Part shown: one piece after another, positions 28,695-40,249 of the stretch | Position numbering within the stretch: the first letter of the stretch is position 1 | Layout of the letters: each line of letters starts with the position of its first letter | Source of the DNA: Spirochaetia bacterium | GTDB lineage: Bacteria > Spirochaetota > Spirochaetia > UBA9216 | DNA: 64,000 nt | Reading direction: 5' to 3' | NCBI GenBank assembly: GCA_965140585.1 | Contig: OZ223269.1 | Location: forward strand, 384,001 to 448,000 | Translations under genes and position numbers: made by a program | The notes under the pieces: generated by a model | Seen by the model: only the letters and a program-made list of their open reading frames with translations | The model's database searches: none | Told to the model about the DNA's origin: nothing

Positions 28695-29723
28695 ATGAAA
28701 AGATATCTGCCGGTTTTCATACTGGCCGGAGCCGCCGTATTAATACAGATTCTTACGGCAATAACCGGGACGGCTTACCTTTTAACTCAGCTTACAATGT
28801 CCGCCTACTATGTTCTTACAGCCCTCGGTCTCTGCATGGTTATGGGATATGCAGGCCAAATCTCATTGGGACAGGCCGGATTCTTTGCTATAGGCGGCTA
28901 CCTTACTGCTTTTTTAACCACAATAGATTTTTCTGCGGTTTCTGAGGCCGCAGCAGGTAAAACCTTCCTCAAATTAGGAATCCTTGTTTCAAGGGAATCA
29001 TTGTATGGAGATAAGATAATTCATATCACCCCATGGGTTTCTTTGATTGCCGCAGTACTGCTCTCTGTCGCCGCTGCATTCGCTATAGGTATTCCGGTTC
29101 TAAAGCTGAAAGGTCACTATCTGGCCATGGCAACTATGGGGTTCGGAATAATAATATACCGCATAGTCCTTGGAACTAAAGCCTTCGGAGAGGCGGATGG
29201 AATTACCAATGTACCGCCGTTTAAAATAATACCGGGACTTTCAGTCAGCGGAGATTTTCAGACCCGCATATCAAATTACTATATAGCCTGGGTCATTGTG
29301 CTCATTGCGGTTCTGCTTCTGGTCAACCTGATAAACTCACGAACAGGCCGTGCACTGCGTTCGCTTTATGGCGGCGAAGAAGCAGCTGAAGCCATGGGTG
29401 TTGATACTGCCAAATATAAGGTTAGAGTCTTTGTTATAGGTGCCGTATTTGCCGCCGCCGCGGGTTTTTTCCTGACGCATTACAACGGCGGTATAGGACC
29501 TTCGGAAGCGTCTGTTGCAAAGTCAGTCCGCTACGTTGCTATAGTTGCAGTAGGCGGAATGGCGAATATATGGGGAACACTGGTGATGGGCCTGGTTCTG
29601 AACTTCCTGTCACTGCGGGGTGTTTTCGGACATTTTGATGATGCCGTTTTCGGAGTAGTGCTAGTACTTATGATGATGTTCATGCCTAAGGGAATAATAC
29701 GCAGGAGGAAAAAGAATGGCTGA
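28695..29723 (+). CDS. livM: Branched-chain amino acid ABC permease
   Basis: GYAGQISLGQAGFFAIG, LKGHYLAMAT, SRTGRALR. Confidence 0.9.
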   Translation: MKRYLPVFILAGAAVLIQILTAITGTAYLLTQLTMSAYYVLTALGLCMVMGYAGQISLGQAGFFAIGGYLTAFLTTIDFSAVSEAAAGKTFLKLGILVSRESLYGDKIIHITPWVSLIAAVLLSVAAAFAIGIPVLKLKGHYLAMATMGFGIIIYRIVLGTKAFGEADGITNVPPFKIIPGLSVSGDFQTRISNYYIAWVIVLIAVLLLVNLINSRTGRALRSLYGGEEAAEAMGVDTAKYKVRVFVIGAVFAAAAGFFLTHYNGGIGPSEASVAKSVRYVAIVAVGGMANIWGTLVMGLVLNFLSLRGVFGHFDDAVFGVVLVLMMMFMPKGIIRRRKKNG

Positions 29724-30492
29724 AAACACTCATTTCCTCTCTGTAAACGGAATTGATAAAAGTTTCGGCGGTCTTCATGCAGTTGATACGGTGAGCTTTA
29801 ATGTAGAGCAGTCCACAATCAAGGCTGTTATCGGTCCCAACGGGGCAGGCAAAACAACGCTGTTCAACATTCTTGCAGGATATATTCCGCCTGACAGCGG
29901 TGAAGTCTCGTTCCGGGGAAACAATGTAACAGGCAAAAAGCCTCATGATATTGCGTCTGAAGGAATACTCCGGACATTTCAGAATCTCAAACTCAGCAGC
30001 AATCTAAGTGTTCTGGACAATGTACTGCTTGGATATCATACCATAACAAAGGCTGGATTTCTGTCAGGAATGCTTTCTACAAAAGCTTCACGGAAAGAGG
30101 AGAAGGACGCTGTCGATGCGGTAATGCCACTGCTTCAATGGCTGGGAATTGATAAGCTTAAAGATGAGGAAACCGGAAGCCTGTCATTCGGAAACCAGAG
30201 GGCTGTAGAGCTTGCCAGGGCACTTGCTCCTGATCCGGCAGTGCTTCTGCTTGATGAACCTGCCGCCGGATTGAATATGCATGAAACAGAAGAGCTTGCC
30301 GGTCAGCTTCAGGACTTAAGAGCGCAGGGCAGGACAATTCTTATCGTAGAGCATGACATGAGCCTTGTAATGGATATCTCTGATGAAATAGTCGTTCTGA
30401 ACTTCGGTCGAAAAATAGCTGAGGGAAACCCTTCTGAAATCCAGCGGAACGAGGATGTGATCAGAATATATCTTGGCGGTGACTATGCTTAA
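29716..30492 (+). CDS. livG: Branched-chain amino acid ABC ATPase
   Basis: FGGLHAV, GPNGAGKTT, RTFQN, LLDEPAAG, VEHDM. Confidence 0.92.
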   Translation: MAENTHFLSVNGIDKSFGGLHAVDTVSFNVEQSTIKAVIGPNGAGKTTLFNILAGYIPPDSGEVSFRGNNVTGKKPHDIASEGILRTFQNLKLSSNLSVLDNVLLGYHTITKAGFLSGMLSTKASRKEEKDAVDAVMPLLQWLGIDKLKDEETGSLSFGNQRAVELARALAPDPAVLLLDEPAAGLNMHETEELAGQLQDLRAQGRTILIVEHDMSLVMDISDEIVVLNFGRKIAEGNPSEIQRNEDVIRIYLGGDYA

Positions 30493-31228
30493 AATAAAAA
30501 ATCTGGAAGCAGGCTACGGTAAGCTGAAGGTCCTCAAAGGCATCAGTCTTCACGTTAACGGCGGCGAGATAGTTACTATCATCGGTGCAAACGGGGCAGG
30601 TAAATCGACTCTTCTGAATACTGTTTCTGCACTGATCCAACCCTTTTCAGGTGAGATAAAACTTGCAGGCGCCGATGTCACAAAAGCTGAACCTCACACA
30701 GTAGTTAAAGCCGGCTGCGCATTAGTCCCTGAAGGCCGTCAGCTGTATCCGGCAATGACTGTATATGAAAACCTTATTCTCGGTGCATACACTCTTATCA
30801 GAAGCGGCAGGAGGGAAATGGTTATGAATACTCTAAAAGAAATTTACGAACTTTTTCCTGTTCTTGAGAAACGCTCAGGTCAACTAGCAGGGACCCTGTC
30901 GGGCGGTGAGCAGCAGATGGTTGCCATTGGCCGTGCATTGATGTCCGAACCTCAGCTTCTGCTTATGGATGAACCTTCCATGGGGCTTGCTCCGCTTATT
31001 GTAAGGGATATTTTCAAAGTAGTAGAAAATCTAAGGGAGCAGGGTAAAACCATATTAATAGTAGAGCAGAATGCCAGAGCAGTGCTCGAGATAGCTGATC
31101 GCGGATATGTAATGGAAACCGGTATGCTTATGCTTGAAGGTACAGCTTCGGAACTGCTGAATAACAATGATGTGAAGCGGGCGTATCTTGGAAAGGATTA
31201 CCGTTCATTTACTGATGAGGAGGAATGA
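30485..31228 (+). CDS. livF: Branched-chain amino acid ABC ATPase
   Basis: GANGAGKST, VPEGR, LSGGEQQM, DEPSMGLAP, VEQN. Confidence 0.92.
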   Translation: MLKIKNLEAGYGKLKVLKGISLHVNGGEIVTIIGANGAGKSTLLNTVSALIQPFSGEIKLAGADVTKAEPHTVVKAGCALVPEGRQLYPAMTVYENLILGAYTLIRSGRREMVMNTLKEIYELFPVLEKRSGQLAGTLSGGEQQMVAIGRALMSEPQLLLMDEPSMGLAPLIVRDIFKVVENLREQGKTILIVEQNARAVLEIADRGYVMETGMLMLEGTASELLNNNDVKRAYLGKDYRSFTDEEE

Positions 31229-31229
31229 A

Positions 31230-32534
31230 ATGATTTACTCACGAGAATATGAATCCATGCACAGGGAGGACCTTCTTGAACTTCAGCTTGAACGTCTTCA
31301 GATTGCACTGAACCATGTTTACCGGAATGTCTCTTTTTATAAAAATCAGTTTGATTCTTCCGGCATCGATCCAACATCTATTCGATCTATCGATGATTTT
31401 CAAAAGCTTCCGTTTACCACACGGGCTGATCTTACAAAAAGTTATCCCTATGAAGCCTTTGCTGTTCCGCTGCGCGATATTGTACGGATACATTCAACTT
31501 CAGGAACAAAGGGTGTACCGGTTGTTGTAGGATATACAAGAAACGATATTGCAATATGGTCTTCGCTTGTCGCCCGTGTACTGACTGCTGCAGGTGTGGG
31601 CGGAAACGACCTTGTACAGATAGCCTTCGATTATTCACAGTCAACCGGAGGCCTGGGCTTTCATTACGGAGCAGAGAAACTCGGAGCCTCGGTAATACCT
31701 GCGTCTGGTGAAGAAATCCTGCGGCAGATAAAAATAATGAAGGACTACCGCTCATCGATCCTTGTTTCAACACCGGGGTATGCTCTGCATCTATTATCAG
31801 AGCTCGAAAGAAGGGGAATAAACTCCCAGGAACTCAACCTTTCGACAGCAATACTCGGCTCTGAGCCATGGAGTGAAAAACTTCGCAGTGAGATTGAGGC
31901 CCGGCTTAAAATTAAAACTTTTGATAACTACGGGCTCAGTGAAATTATCGGTCCCGGTGTTGCCTTTGAATGTGAAGAGCATTGCGGAATGCACGTGAAT
32001 GAGGATCATTTTATAGCCGAAATAATTAATCCCGAAACACTGGAAGTTCTTCAAGACGGTGAGAAGGGGGAACTGGTTTTTACAACACTTACCAAACAAG
32101 CTTTTCCTCTGATTAGATACCGCACAGGTGATATTTCAACGATCACCCGGGAAACATGTGTCTGCGGAAGAACTACGGCCAGAATTGAGCGAATAGGCGG
32201 AAGAATTGATGATATGATCATCGTTGAAGGCAATAATCTTTTTCCCTCACAGATTGAGGCCATCCTTATAGACATTGAAGGTGTTGAACCGCATTTTCAG
32301 ATCGTGCTTGATCGGGAAGAGGGCAGAGACAGTATTGAACTGAAGATAGAAGTAAGCCCTGACTTTCCTTCGCTTGATGAAGTTAAACATATAGAGAGCT
32401 TCAAGGAGCGTGTAAGAGAGGACTTGCGGGTATCAGCTGGAATGCATGCCCGCATTACGCTGACTGAACCGGGAAGTCTTGGAAGGTCCTCCGGCGGCAA
32501 GATCAGGCGTGTTATTGATAAACGGGAACTGTAA
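31230..32534 (+). CDS. paaK: Phenylacetate--CoA ligase family protein
   Basis: IHSTSGTKG.P.VVGYT, YGLSEIIGPGVA, RYRTGD, GR.DDM; RBS-supported ATG at 31230. Confidence 0.85.
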   Translation: MIYSREYESMHREDLLELQLERLQIALNHVYRNVSFYKNQFDSSGIDPTSIRSIDDFQKLPFTTRADLTKSYPYEAFAVPLRDIVRIHSTSGTKGVPVVVGYTRNDIAIWSSLVARVLTAAGVGGNDLVQIAFDYSQSTGGLGFHYGAEKLGASVIPASGEEILRQIKIMKDYRSSILVSTPGYALHLLSELERRGINSQELNLSTAILGSEPWSEKLRSEIEARLKIKTFDNYGLSEIIGPGVAFECEEHCGMHVNEDHFIAEIINPETLEVLQDGEKGELVFTTLTKQAFPLIRYRTGDISTITRETCVCGRTTARIERIGGRIDDMIIVEGNNLFPSQIEAILIDIEGVEPHFQIVLDREEGRDSIELKIEVSPDFPSLDEVKHIESFKERVREDLRVSAGMHARITLTEPGSLGRSSGGKIRRVIDKREL

Positions 32535-32590
32535 ACTTCAGGTTTGAGTTTGATGCTTAAGCTGAGGGCTTAAAATTGAGCACTAAAGCA

Positions 32591-32812
32591 TCAGGCTGAT
32601 TTCGTCAGAATCTCCATCGCCTTATCTTTCATGTTCGGATACAGTGTATTGGGAACCGCATCCCTTCCCAATTTTTCAAATACCATATGACGCGCACAGG
32701 TTGACCAGTTTCCCTGACAGTAGGTTTTTTTCATCAGGTTTGCTGTAGAAGGCATATCACCCATTTTATCATTGAAAAACGGACATCCTGGAAGGCATTC
32801 ACAATCGGCCAT
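32591..32812 (-). CDS. Small Cys-rich hypothetical protein
   Basis: GGAGG RBS; CECLPGCPFF...YC...CAR...VP..LYPN. Confidence 0.75.
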   Translation of the reverse strand: MADCECLPGCPFFNDKMGDMPSTANLMKKTYCQGNWSTCARHMVFEKLGRDAVPNTLYPNMKDKAMEILTKSA

Positions 32813-32929
32813 ATTTTTCCTCCAATAATTTCATTACTGATTTAAGTATAGTTAACAAAATATCCATTGCAAGTTAATAGTAAATTTTATGGTATTTTAT
32901 TTCGATAATGAGAGGGGAGAGCAGATAAA

Positions 32930-33844
32930 TTGAATTTAGCGGCATTTATCGCACTGATATTGTCAATAATTATCCAGTTTGCTGCTGTAGTCCTTGCAAT
33001 CCGTTTTATCAGGCTAACCGATTACAGAGTATTCTGGCTTCTCATTTCAGCAGGTCTTGTCCTTATGATTGTTCGAAGGATAGCCCCTCTTTATTACCTG
33101 GTTTCAGATCCTGAGTACAAGATTGCTCTCTCAAATGAAATACTTGGAATTATAATATCGACACTTATGTTTTTCGGTCTTCGAGGTATAGGTGTCCTTT
33201 TTATGGAGCATCTTAAGATCGAGAAGGATATTAAGAAACTGCTTGAAGAGAAGCAGCTTTTATTGAAAGAAGTACATCACAGAATAAAAAATAACATGAG
33301 TACAATCAGCAGTCTTTTGTCGCTGCAGGCGGCACCACTTGAAGACCCTGTGGCTGTTGAAGCGCTTGATGATGCACGGACTCGTGTTGAAAGTATGACG
33401 CTTCTTTACGATAAGCTTTACCGGTCTGAAAACTTCTATGACGCTGATATCAGCGAATATATAGAATTGCTTGCAGATGAAATTATTGCCGGGTTTCCAG
33501 GGTCAGAGGCTGTGACTGTCAAAAAGGAACTGGAGAGTATCAATCTCGATGCCCGAAGGATACAGACTCTTGCTATTCTGATAAATGAGATACTTACCAA
33601 TACAATGAAGTATGCTTTTGGAAAAACAAAAGAACCTGAGATTGTAATAAAATCCTGTATCTCCGGTGATAAGGCAGTACTTTCTATTCATGACAACGGC
33701 AAGGGGATTCAGAAAGAACTTAATAAAAATAATTCTTCAGGATTCGGTATGACGCTGATATATGGTCTTGTTCAGCAGCTGGAAGGCACTTACAGCATCG
33801 TCCGCAACGGTGGTACCGAGGTAACAATCGAATTTAAACTTTAA
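32930..33844 (+). CDS. Membrane HisKA_2 sensor histidine kinase
   Basis: Three TM helices; EVHHRIKNNM; EILTNTMKYAF; DNGKG. Confidence 0.9.
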   Translation: MNLAAFIALILSIIIQFAAVVLAIRFIRLTDYRVFWLLISAGLVLMIVRRIAPLYYLVSDPEYKIALSNEILGIIISTLMFFGLRGIGVLFMEHLKIEKDIKKLLEEKQLLLKEVHHRIKNNMSTISSLLSLQAAPLEDPVAVEALDDARTRVESMTLLYDKLYRSENFYDADISEYIELLADEIIAGFPGSEAVTVKKELESINLDARRIQTLAILINEILTNTMKYAFGKTKEPEIVIKSCISGDKAVLSIHDNGKGIQKELNKNNSSGFGMTLIYGLVQQLEGTYSIVRNGGTEVTIEFKL

Positions 33845-33898
33845 TTCCCGAACTTCATCAGGGTTGTTTTTTTGCCCTTTTTCCGGTATGGTCAAGCC

Positions 33899-35530
33899 AT
33901 GTTAACTGTTAGCGATGTCTCCCTTTCTTTCGGCGAAAGGGCTCTTTTTAAAGACGTAAATATCAAATTTCTGCCGGGAAACTGTTATGGTGTTATCGGG
34001 GCAAACGGCGCCGGTAAATCGACTTTTCTTAAAATCCTCTCAGGTGAGCTTGAAGCTGACAAGGGAGATATTATTATAGGTCCAGGAGAACGAATGGCCG
34101 TTCTTAAGCAGGACCAGTTCGCCTTTGATGAATATTCACTGCTTCATACCGTTATAATGGGTCATCAGAAACTCTATGAAGTTATGACTGAAAAAGATGC
34201 CATCTATGAAAAGGCTGATTTTACTGAAGCAGACGGACTTCGAGCTGCTGAGCTTGAAGGTGAATTTGCTGAAATGAACGGCTGGGAGGCAGAAAGTGAA
34301 GCCGCTATTCTTCTAAGCCAGCTTGGAATATCCGAGGATCTTCACTACAAGGACATGAAAGACCTGGAGAGTAACCAGAAGGTACGAGTTCTTCTGGCTC
34401 AGGCCCTTTTCGGAAATCCTGACATCCTTCTTCTCGATGAGCCCACCAACAACCTGGATCTTGAATCAATTGCATGGCTTGAAGAGTTCCTTTATAAGTT
34501 TGACAACACCGTTATTGTAGTCTCACACGACAGACACTTTCTTAACAGGGTATGCACTCATATAGCAGATGTTGATTTCGGAAAGATTAAACTATTTGTT
34601 GGAAACTATGACTTCTGGTACTTGGCAAGCCAGCTTGCCCTGAAGCAGATGAAAGACGACAAGAGAAGACGTGAAGACAAGGTTGCGGAACTCAAGGAGT
34701 TTATTCAGCGCTTCAGTTCAAATGCGTCAAAGGCCAAGCAGGCAACCAGCCGTAAAAAGCTTATTGATAAACTTACTATAGATGATATCGAACCTTCCTC
34801 AAGGAAGTTTCCCTATGTTGAGTTTAAGCCTGACAGGGAGCCTGGAAATAATATACTCACTATTGATGGCCTGAATAAAACCGTTGACGGTGAGCATGTA
34901 CTTAAAGATTTCAGCCTGACAATGAACCGTGATGACAAGATCGCCTTTGTTGGCCCCATGCACAGCACTAAGACCGCGCTGTTCGACATCCTTTCAGGCA
35001 ATATCGAAGCTGATTCAGGTGAATTCAACTGGGGCGTTACCATAACTACCTCATACTTTCCGAAAGACAATTCAGAATTTTTTGATGTCGATATGTCGAT
35101 TGTAGACTGGCTGACCCAGTACAAGATTGATGATGAAACCGATGTCAGAAGCTTTCTGGGACGGATGCTTTTCAGCGGTGAAGAATCACTTAAAAAGGTC
35201 AAGGTTCTTTCCGGAGGCGAGAAGGTCCGCTGTATGCTCTCAATGATGATGCTCAAGGGCGCCAACGGCCTTATTATGGATGAACCGACAAACCATCTGG
35301 ACCTTGAATCTATAACAGCACTAAACAATGCGCTTATCAAGTTCCCGGGAGTTTTAATGTTCAACTCTCATGACCACCAGTTTGTTCACTCAATAGCCAA
35401 CAGGATTATAGAGTTCACTCCCGAGGGTATAATTGACCGGATGATGCCGTTTGACGAGTACCTTGCAAGCGAGGATGTCAGAAACCTCCGAGACTCAATG
35501 TGGCATGGTCATCACGGCCTTGATATCTGA
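33899..35530 (+). CDS. ABC-F family ATPase (YbiT/YkpA-like)
   Basis: Two ABC domains and no TM segment; GANGAGKST, LLDEPTN, VSHDRHFLN, LSGGEKVR. Confidence 0.92.
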   Translation: MLTVSDVSLSFGERALFKDVNIKFLPGNCYGVIGANGAGKSTFLKILSGELEADKGDIIIGPGERMAVLKQDQFAFDEYSLLHTVIMGHQKLYEVMTEKDAIYEKADFTEADGLRAAELEGEFAEMNGWEAESEAAILLSQLGISEDLHYKDMKDLESNQKVRVLLAQALFGNPDILLLDEPTNNLDLESIAWLEEFLYKFDNTVIVVSHDRHFLNRVCTHIADVDFGKIKLFVGNYDFWYLASQLALKQMKDDKRRREDKVAELKEFIQRFSSNASKAKQATSRKKLIDKLTIDDIEPSSRKFPYVEFKPDREPGNNILTIDGLNKTVDGEHVLKDFSLTMNRDDKIAFVGPMHSTKTALFDILSGNIEADSGEFNWGVTITTSYFPKDNSEFFDVDMSIVDWLTQYKIDDETDVRSFLGRMLFSGEESLKKVKVLSGGEKVRCMLSMMMLKGANGLIMDEPTNHLDLESITALNNALIKFPGVLMFNSHDHQFVHSIANRIIEFTPEGIIDRMMPFDEYLASEDVRNLRDSMWHGHHGLDI

Positions 35531-35548
35531 TTAAACAGAGGTGCCGCC

Positions 35549-36196
35549 ATGGTAGTTCTCTACTATCTTGATATTTTCGGTACTGTAATTTTTGCAATAA
35601 CTGGCGCCTTTAAGGCTATCCGGCATGAGCTTGATATCCTGGGCGTCTGTGTACTTTCACTTATCACCGGAGTAGGAGGGGGAATCTTTCGCGACCTGCT
35701 TCTGGGTGATACCCCGCCGGCAGCCTTCCGTAATGAAACATATTTTATCGCCTGTATTGCCACAGGTATTCTTACAGCCCTTCTTGCCCCGCGAATAGCA
35801 AAAATATGGAAACTCGTAAAAGTGCTCGATGCTGTAGGGCTTGGTGTATTCACGGCTATAGGCGCAGCGAAGGGCGCCGCCTTTGATCTCGGCATAGTAG
35901 GAATACTTCTTACCGGAGCACTCACTGCTACCGGCGGCGGAATGCTGCGTGATGTCCTTGTCCGTGAAATCCCCGGCATTATCAGCCGTGATTTTTATGC
36001 AACAGCCTCGTTTGCAGGCGCCGGGGTATATATCCTCTCGGCACATATTGGAATGTCTCCGGACCTCTCCATTTTTACTGCTTTTGCCTTAACCACAGTG
36101 TTCAGGCTGCTTGCTATGAAGACCGGCCTTTCTCTTCCGAAGGTAAAACGAATTCCCGGTTTTAAAGGAAGTTCGAAAGACTTCGAAGAGGGGTAA
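35549..36196 (+). CDS. TRIC/UPF0126 (YadS-like) membrane protein
   Basis: FAITGA, GVGGG..RD.L, DAVGLG.F, TGGG.LRDVL. Confidence 0.88.
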   Translation: MVVLYYLDIFGTVIFAITGAFKAIRHELDILGVCVLSLITGVGGGIFRDLLLGDTPPAAFRNETYFIACIATGILTALLAPRIAKIWKLVKVLDAVGLGVFTAIGAAKGAAFDLGIVGILLTGALTATGGGMLRDVLVREIPGIISRDFYATASFAGAGVYILSAHIGMSPDLSIFTAFALTTVFRLLAMKTGLSLPKVKRIPGFKGSSKDFEEG

Positions 36197-36237
36197 AATA
36201 GTTGTCTTTATCAATTTTTATAGCTATATTTCTATAG

Positions 36238-37419
<1,182 letters not shown>

Positions 37420-37433
37420 TCCGGAGACTATCA

Positions 37434-38399
37434 ATGGGAAAGAAAGATTTAATTGGAGGTTCCCTCTGGGAACAGTATTCAGATAAAGTAAGCAGCAGAA
37501 TGAATGAGCCTAAATACATGGGTGAAATTACCGAGGCAGAGGCTGCTGCAAAAAATGCTAAGCTGATAGTTGCGGATTACGGAGCTGATGCCTGCGGCGA
37601 CGCTGTTCGTCTGTACTGGATGGTTGACACAGCTACCGATAAAATCCTTGACGCAAGATTTAAGAGTTTCGGCTGCGGAACTGCTATTGCTTCAAGTGAT
37701 GTAATGGCAGAAATGTGTATAGGGCTTACCGTTGATGAAGCAGTAAAAATAACAAACCTTGATGTTGAAAAGAATCTGCGTGATTCACCCGATACTCCTG
37801 CGGTTCCCCCCCAGAAGATGCATTGTTCGGTTATGGCCTACGATGTAATCAAGAAAGCCGCATCATTATACAAGAATGTTGATATGTCTGTTTTCGAAGA
37901 GGAAGAGATTGTCTGTGAATGTGCAAGGGTATCACTCAGTACTATCAAAGAGGTTATTAAACTCAATGATCTCAAGACTGTAGAAGAGATAACCCAGTAT
38001 ACAAAGGCCGGTGCTTTCTGCAAGTCCTGTGTGAAACCGGGCGGCCATGAAGAGAGAAAATTTCATCTTGAAGATATACTGCGCGATACAAGGGCGGAAA
38101 TGGAAAAAGACAGACTCAACGCCGGTCCTGAAGACAAGGCTTTTTCAGAGCTTACTCTGATACAGAAGCATAAGGCTGTAGAAAAGGCAATAGAAGAGTC
38201 AATTCTGCCAATCCTTAATGCTGACGGCGGAAGCGTTGAAGTCGTTGATATGAAAGACGAAGATGATTTTACTAATATTTTCATAAGGTACAAGGGTGCA
38301 TGCGCAGGCTGTGCAGCCAGCAGAACCGGTACTTTTGAGGCAATTAGCGATACTCTTAAAAACAAGGTAGATAAATCAATCAAGGTCCATATATTATGA
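37434..38399 (+). CDS. nifU: Fe-S scaffold NifU (IscU + BFD-like + Nfu domains)
   Basis: CGDA, FKSFGCGTAIASS, PPQKMHCS, VCEC...CKSC, DGG...GACAGC. Confidence 0.93.
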   Translation: MGKKDLIGGSLWEQYSDKVSSRMNEPKYMGEITEAEAAAKNAKLIVADYGADACGDAVRLYWMVDTATDKILDARFKSFGCGTAIASSDVMAEMCIGLTVDEAVKITNLDVEKNLRDSPDTPAVPPQKMHCSVMAYDVIKKAASLYKNVDMSVFEEEEIVCECARVSLSTIKEVIKLNDLKTVEEITQYTKAGAFCKSCVKPGGHEERKFHLEDILRDTRAEMEKDRLNAGPEDKAFSELTLIQKHKAVEKAIEESILPILNADGGSVEVVDMKDEDDFTNIFIRYKGACAGCAASRTGTFEAISDTLKNKVDKSIKVHIL

Positions 38400-39331
38400 G
38401 GGCTGATAATGTCGCCGGACTAATCGGTAATACACCACTTGTTCGTATAAACCGTGTCTGCGGCAGCAATGCCGAGGTTCTTGCTAAACTCGAATATTTT
38501 AATCCGGGCAGTTCTGTAAAAGACAGAATTGCCCTGGCTCTTATAGAGGACGCTGAAAAGCGCGGACTTTTAAAAGAAAACACGGTTATAGTTGAGCCGA
38601 CAAGCGGCAACACGGGAATAGGCCTTGCAATGGTCTGTGCTGTCAGGGGCTACCGGCTTGTTCTAACCATGCCTGATACAATGAGTATTGAACGAAGACA
38701 GGTTCTTGCCGGCTTCGGTGCAGAACTTGTGCTTACGCCCGGAACAGAAGGCATGAAGGGTGCTATCAATAGAGCTGAGCAGATTGCTTCTGAAAGTGAA
38801 TCCTCCTTTATCCCGGGTCAGTTTATTAATCCTTCCAATCCTGATATGCATTACCGGACTACTGCAGCTGAAATCTGGAAAGACAGCAATGGTCTTGTTG
38901 ATATTCTTATTGCCTGTGTAGGAACCGGAGGAACCCTCAGCGGTACTGCAAAGGGTATTAAGGAGCTTAATCCAGATCTTGAAGTTATTGCTGTAGAGCC
39001 GGAAACCTCTCCGGTAATTACTCAGAAGCTGGAAGGTAAAGTGCTGAAGCCCGGAAGTCATAAGATTCAGGGAATAGGCGCCGGCTTTATTCCTGATAAC
39101 CTTGATCTCTCCATTGTAGACAGTGTTATAAAAGTAAAAGACAATGATGCCATGGATTTCTCAAGAAGACTGATGAAAGAAGAGGGCATCTTCTGCGGGA
39201 TATCAGCAGGTGCTGCTGCATACGCAGCCTTTCAAACTGCATCGCTTCCTGAAAATAAAGATAAAACAATTGTATTCATAGTCCCTGATACCGGTGAAAG
39301 ATATCTTTCTTCCGGACTTTTTACAGAATAA
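38396..39331 (+). CDS. cysK: Cysteine synthase A
   Basis: NPGSSVKDR, EPTSGNTG, GTGGT, HKIQGIGAG, PDTGERYLS. Confidence 0.95.
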   Translation: MRADNVAGLIGNTPLVRINRVCGSNAEVLAKLEYFNPGSSVKDRIALALIEDAEKRGLLKENTVIVEPTSGNTGIGLAMVCAVRGYRLVLTMPDTMSIERRQVLAGFGAELVLTPGTEGMKGAINRAEQIASESESSFIPGQFINPSNPDMHYRTTAAEIWKDSNGLVDILIACVGTGGTLSGTAKGIKELNPDLEVIAVEPETSPVITQKLEGKVLKPGSHKIQGIGAGFIPDNLDLSIVDSVIKVKDNDAMDFSRRLMKEEGIFCGISAGAAAYAAFQTASLPENKDKTIVFIVPDTGERYLSSGLFTE

Positions 39332-39352
39332 ACTCACACCACAGGAGTCAGA

Positions 39353-40249
39353 ATGTCAGAATCGCAAGACATAAAACTTGATTTACAGAAAGTTGTTTCA
39401 GAACTGTGTCAGCCTGAATCATATAAAAGAGTATTCTTTAAATCACATCATCACGACATGCATATGCCTGATGTTGAAGAACTTAAGAAGGCTGTTGAGC
39501 TGCTGCGTTCTGTTCTTTTTCCCGGATATTACATACATACCGAACTGCGGGAAGATACAATGGATTTCTACATCGGTGCAACTCTTGATAAGTGTTACTC
39601 TATTCTTGCTGAACAGCTTCGCCGCGGATTCTGTTTTTCCTGTATAAGTGATTCTGTATGCTCAGTCTGTGAATCAAGTTCACAGAAAGCTGTAAAAGGC
39701 CTTTTTGAAAAATTGCCGTATATCCGACATATGCTGGTCACCGATGCCGAAGCGGCCTACGAAGGCGACCCGGCAGCACGAAGTATCGGCGAGGCTATAT
39801 TCTGCTACCCGAGCATCCGGGCACTTACAAATCATCGTATCGCCCATGAGCTGTATAAACTGGGCGTACCTATTATTCCGCGGCTGATTAGTGAAATGGC
39901 CCACTCCGAAGCGGGAATAGACATTCATCCCGGTGCAACAATAGGCGAGCGGTTCTTTATTGACCATGGAACAGGAACCGTAATAGGAGAAACCTCAATA
40001 ATCGGACGGAACGTAAGGATCTACCAGGGGGTAACTCTAGGAGCAAAGAGCTTTCCAAAAGATGAAGACGGTAACCCCATTAAAAACATTCCCCGCCATC
40101 CGATAGTTGAAGATGATGTGATAGTTTATGCAGGTGCCACAGTTCTGGGCCGTGTAACCATCGGGAAGGGTGTAGAAATCGGTGGTAATGTATGGATTAC
40201 AAGGGATATCCCTGCCGGAGAAAGAGTTCTGCAGCGACGGGGAGATTAA
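39353..40249 (+). CDS. cysE: Serine O-acetyltransferase
   Basis: GDPAA, HRIAH, DIHPGA.IG..FFIDHGTG, RHP. Confidence 0.92.
   Translation: MSESQDIKLDLQKVVSELCQPESYKRVFFKSHHHDMHMPDVEELKKAVELLRSVLFPGYYIHTELREDTMDFYIGATLDKCYSILAEQLRRGFCFSCISDSVCSVCESSSQKAVKGLFEKLPYIRHMLVTDAEAAYEGDPAARSIGEAIFCYPSIRALTNHRIAHELYKLGVPIIPRLISEMAHSEAGIDIHPGATIGERFFIDHGTGTVIGETSIIGRNVRIYQGVTLGAKSFPKDEDGNPIKNIPRHPIVEDDVIVYAGATVLGRVTIGKGVEIGGNVWITRDIPAGERVLQRRGD

Noticed and set aside
32545-32590. Weak inverted repeat after paaK
   Set aside because: Too many mismatches to call a terminator with confidence.
34813-35364. 183-aa antisense ORF and the many other short shadow ORFs in the track
   Set aside because: They lie opposite or out of frame to well-supported genes and have no motifs or RBS.
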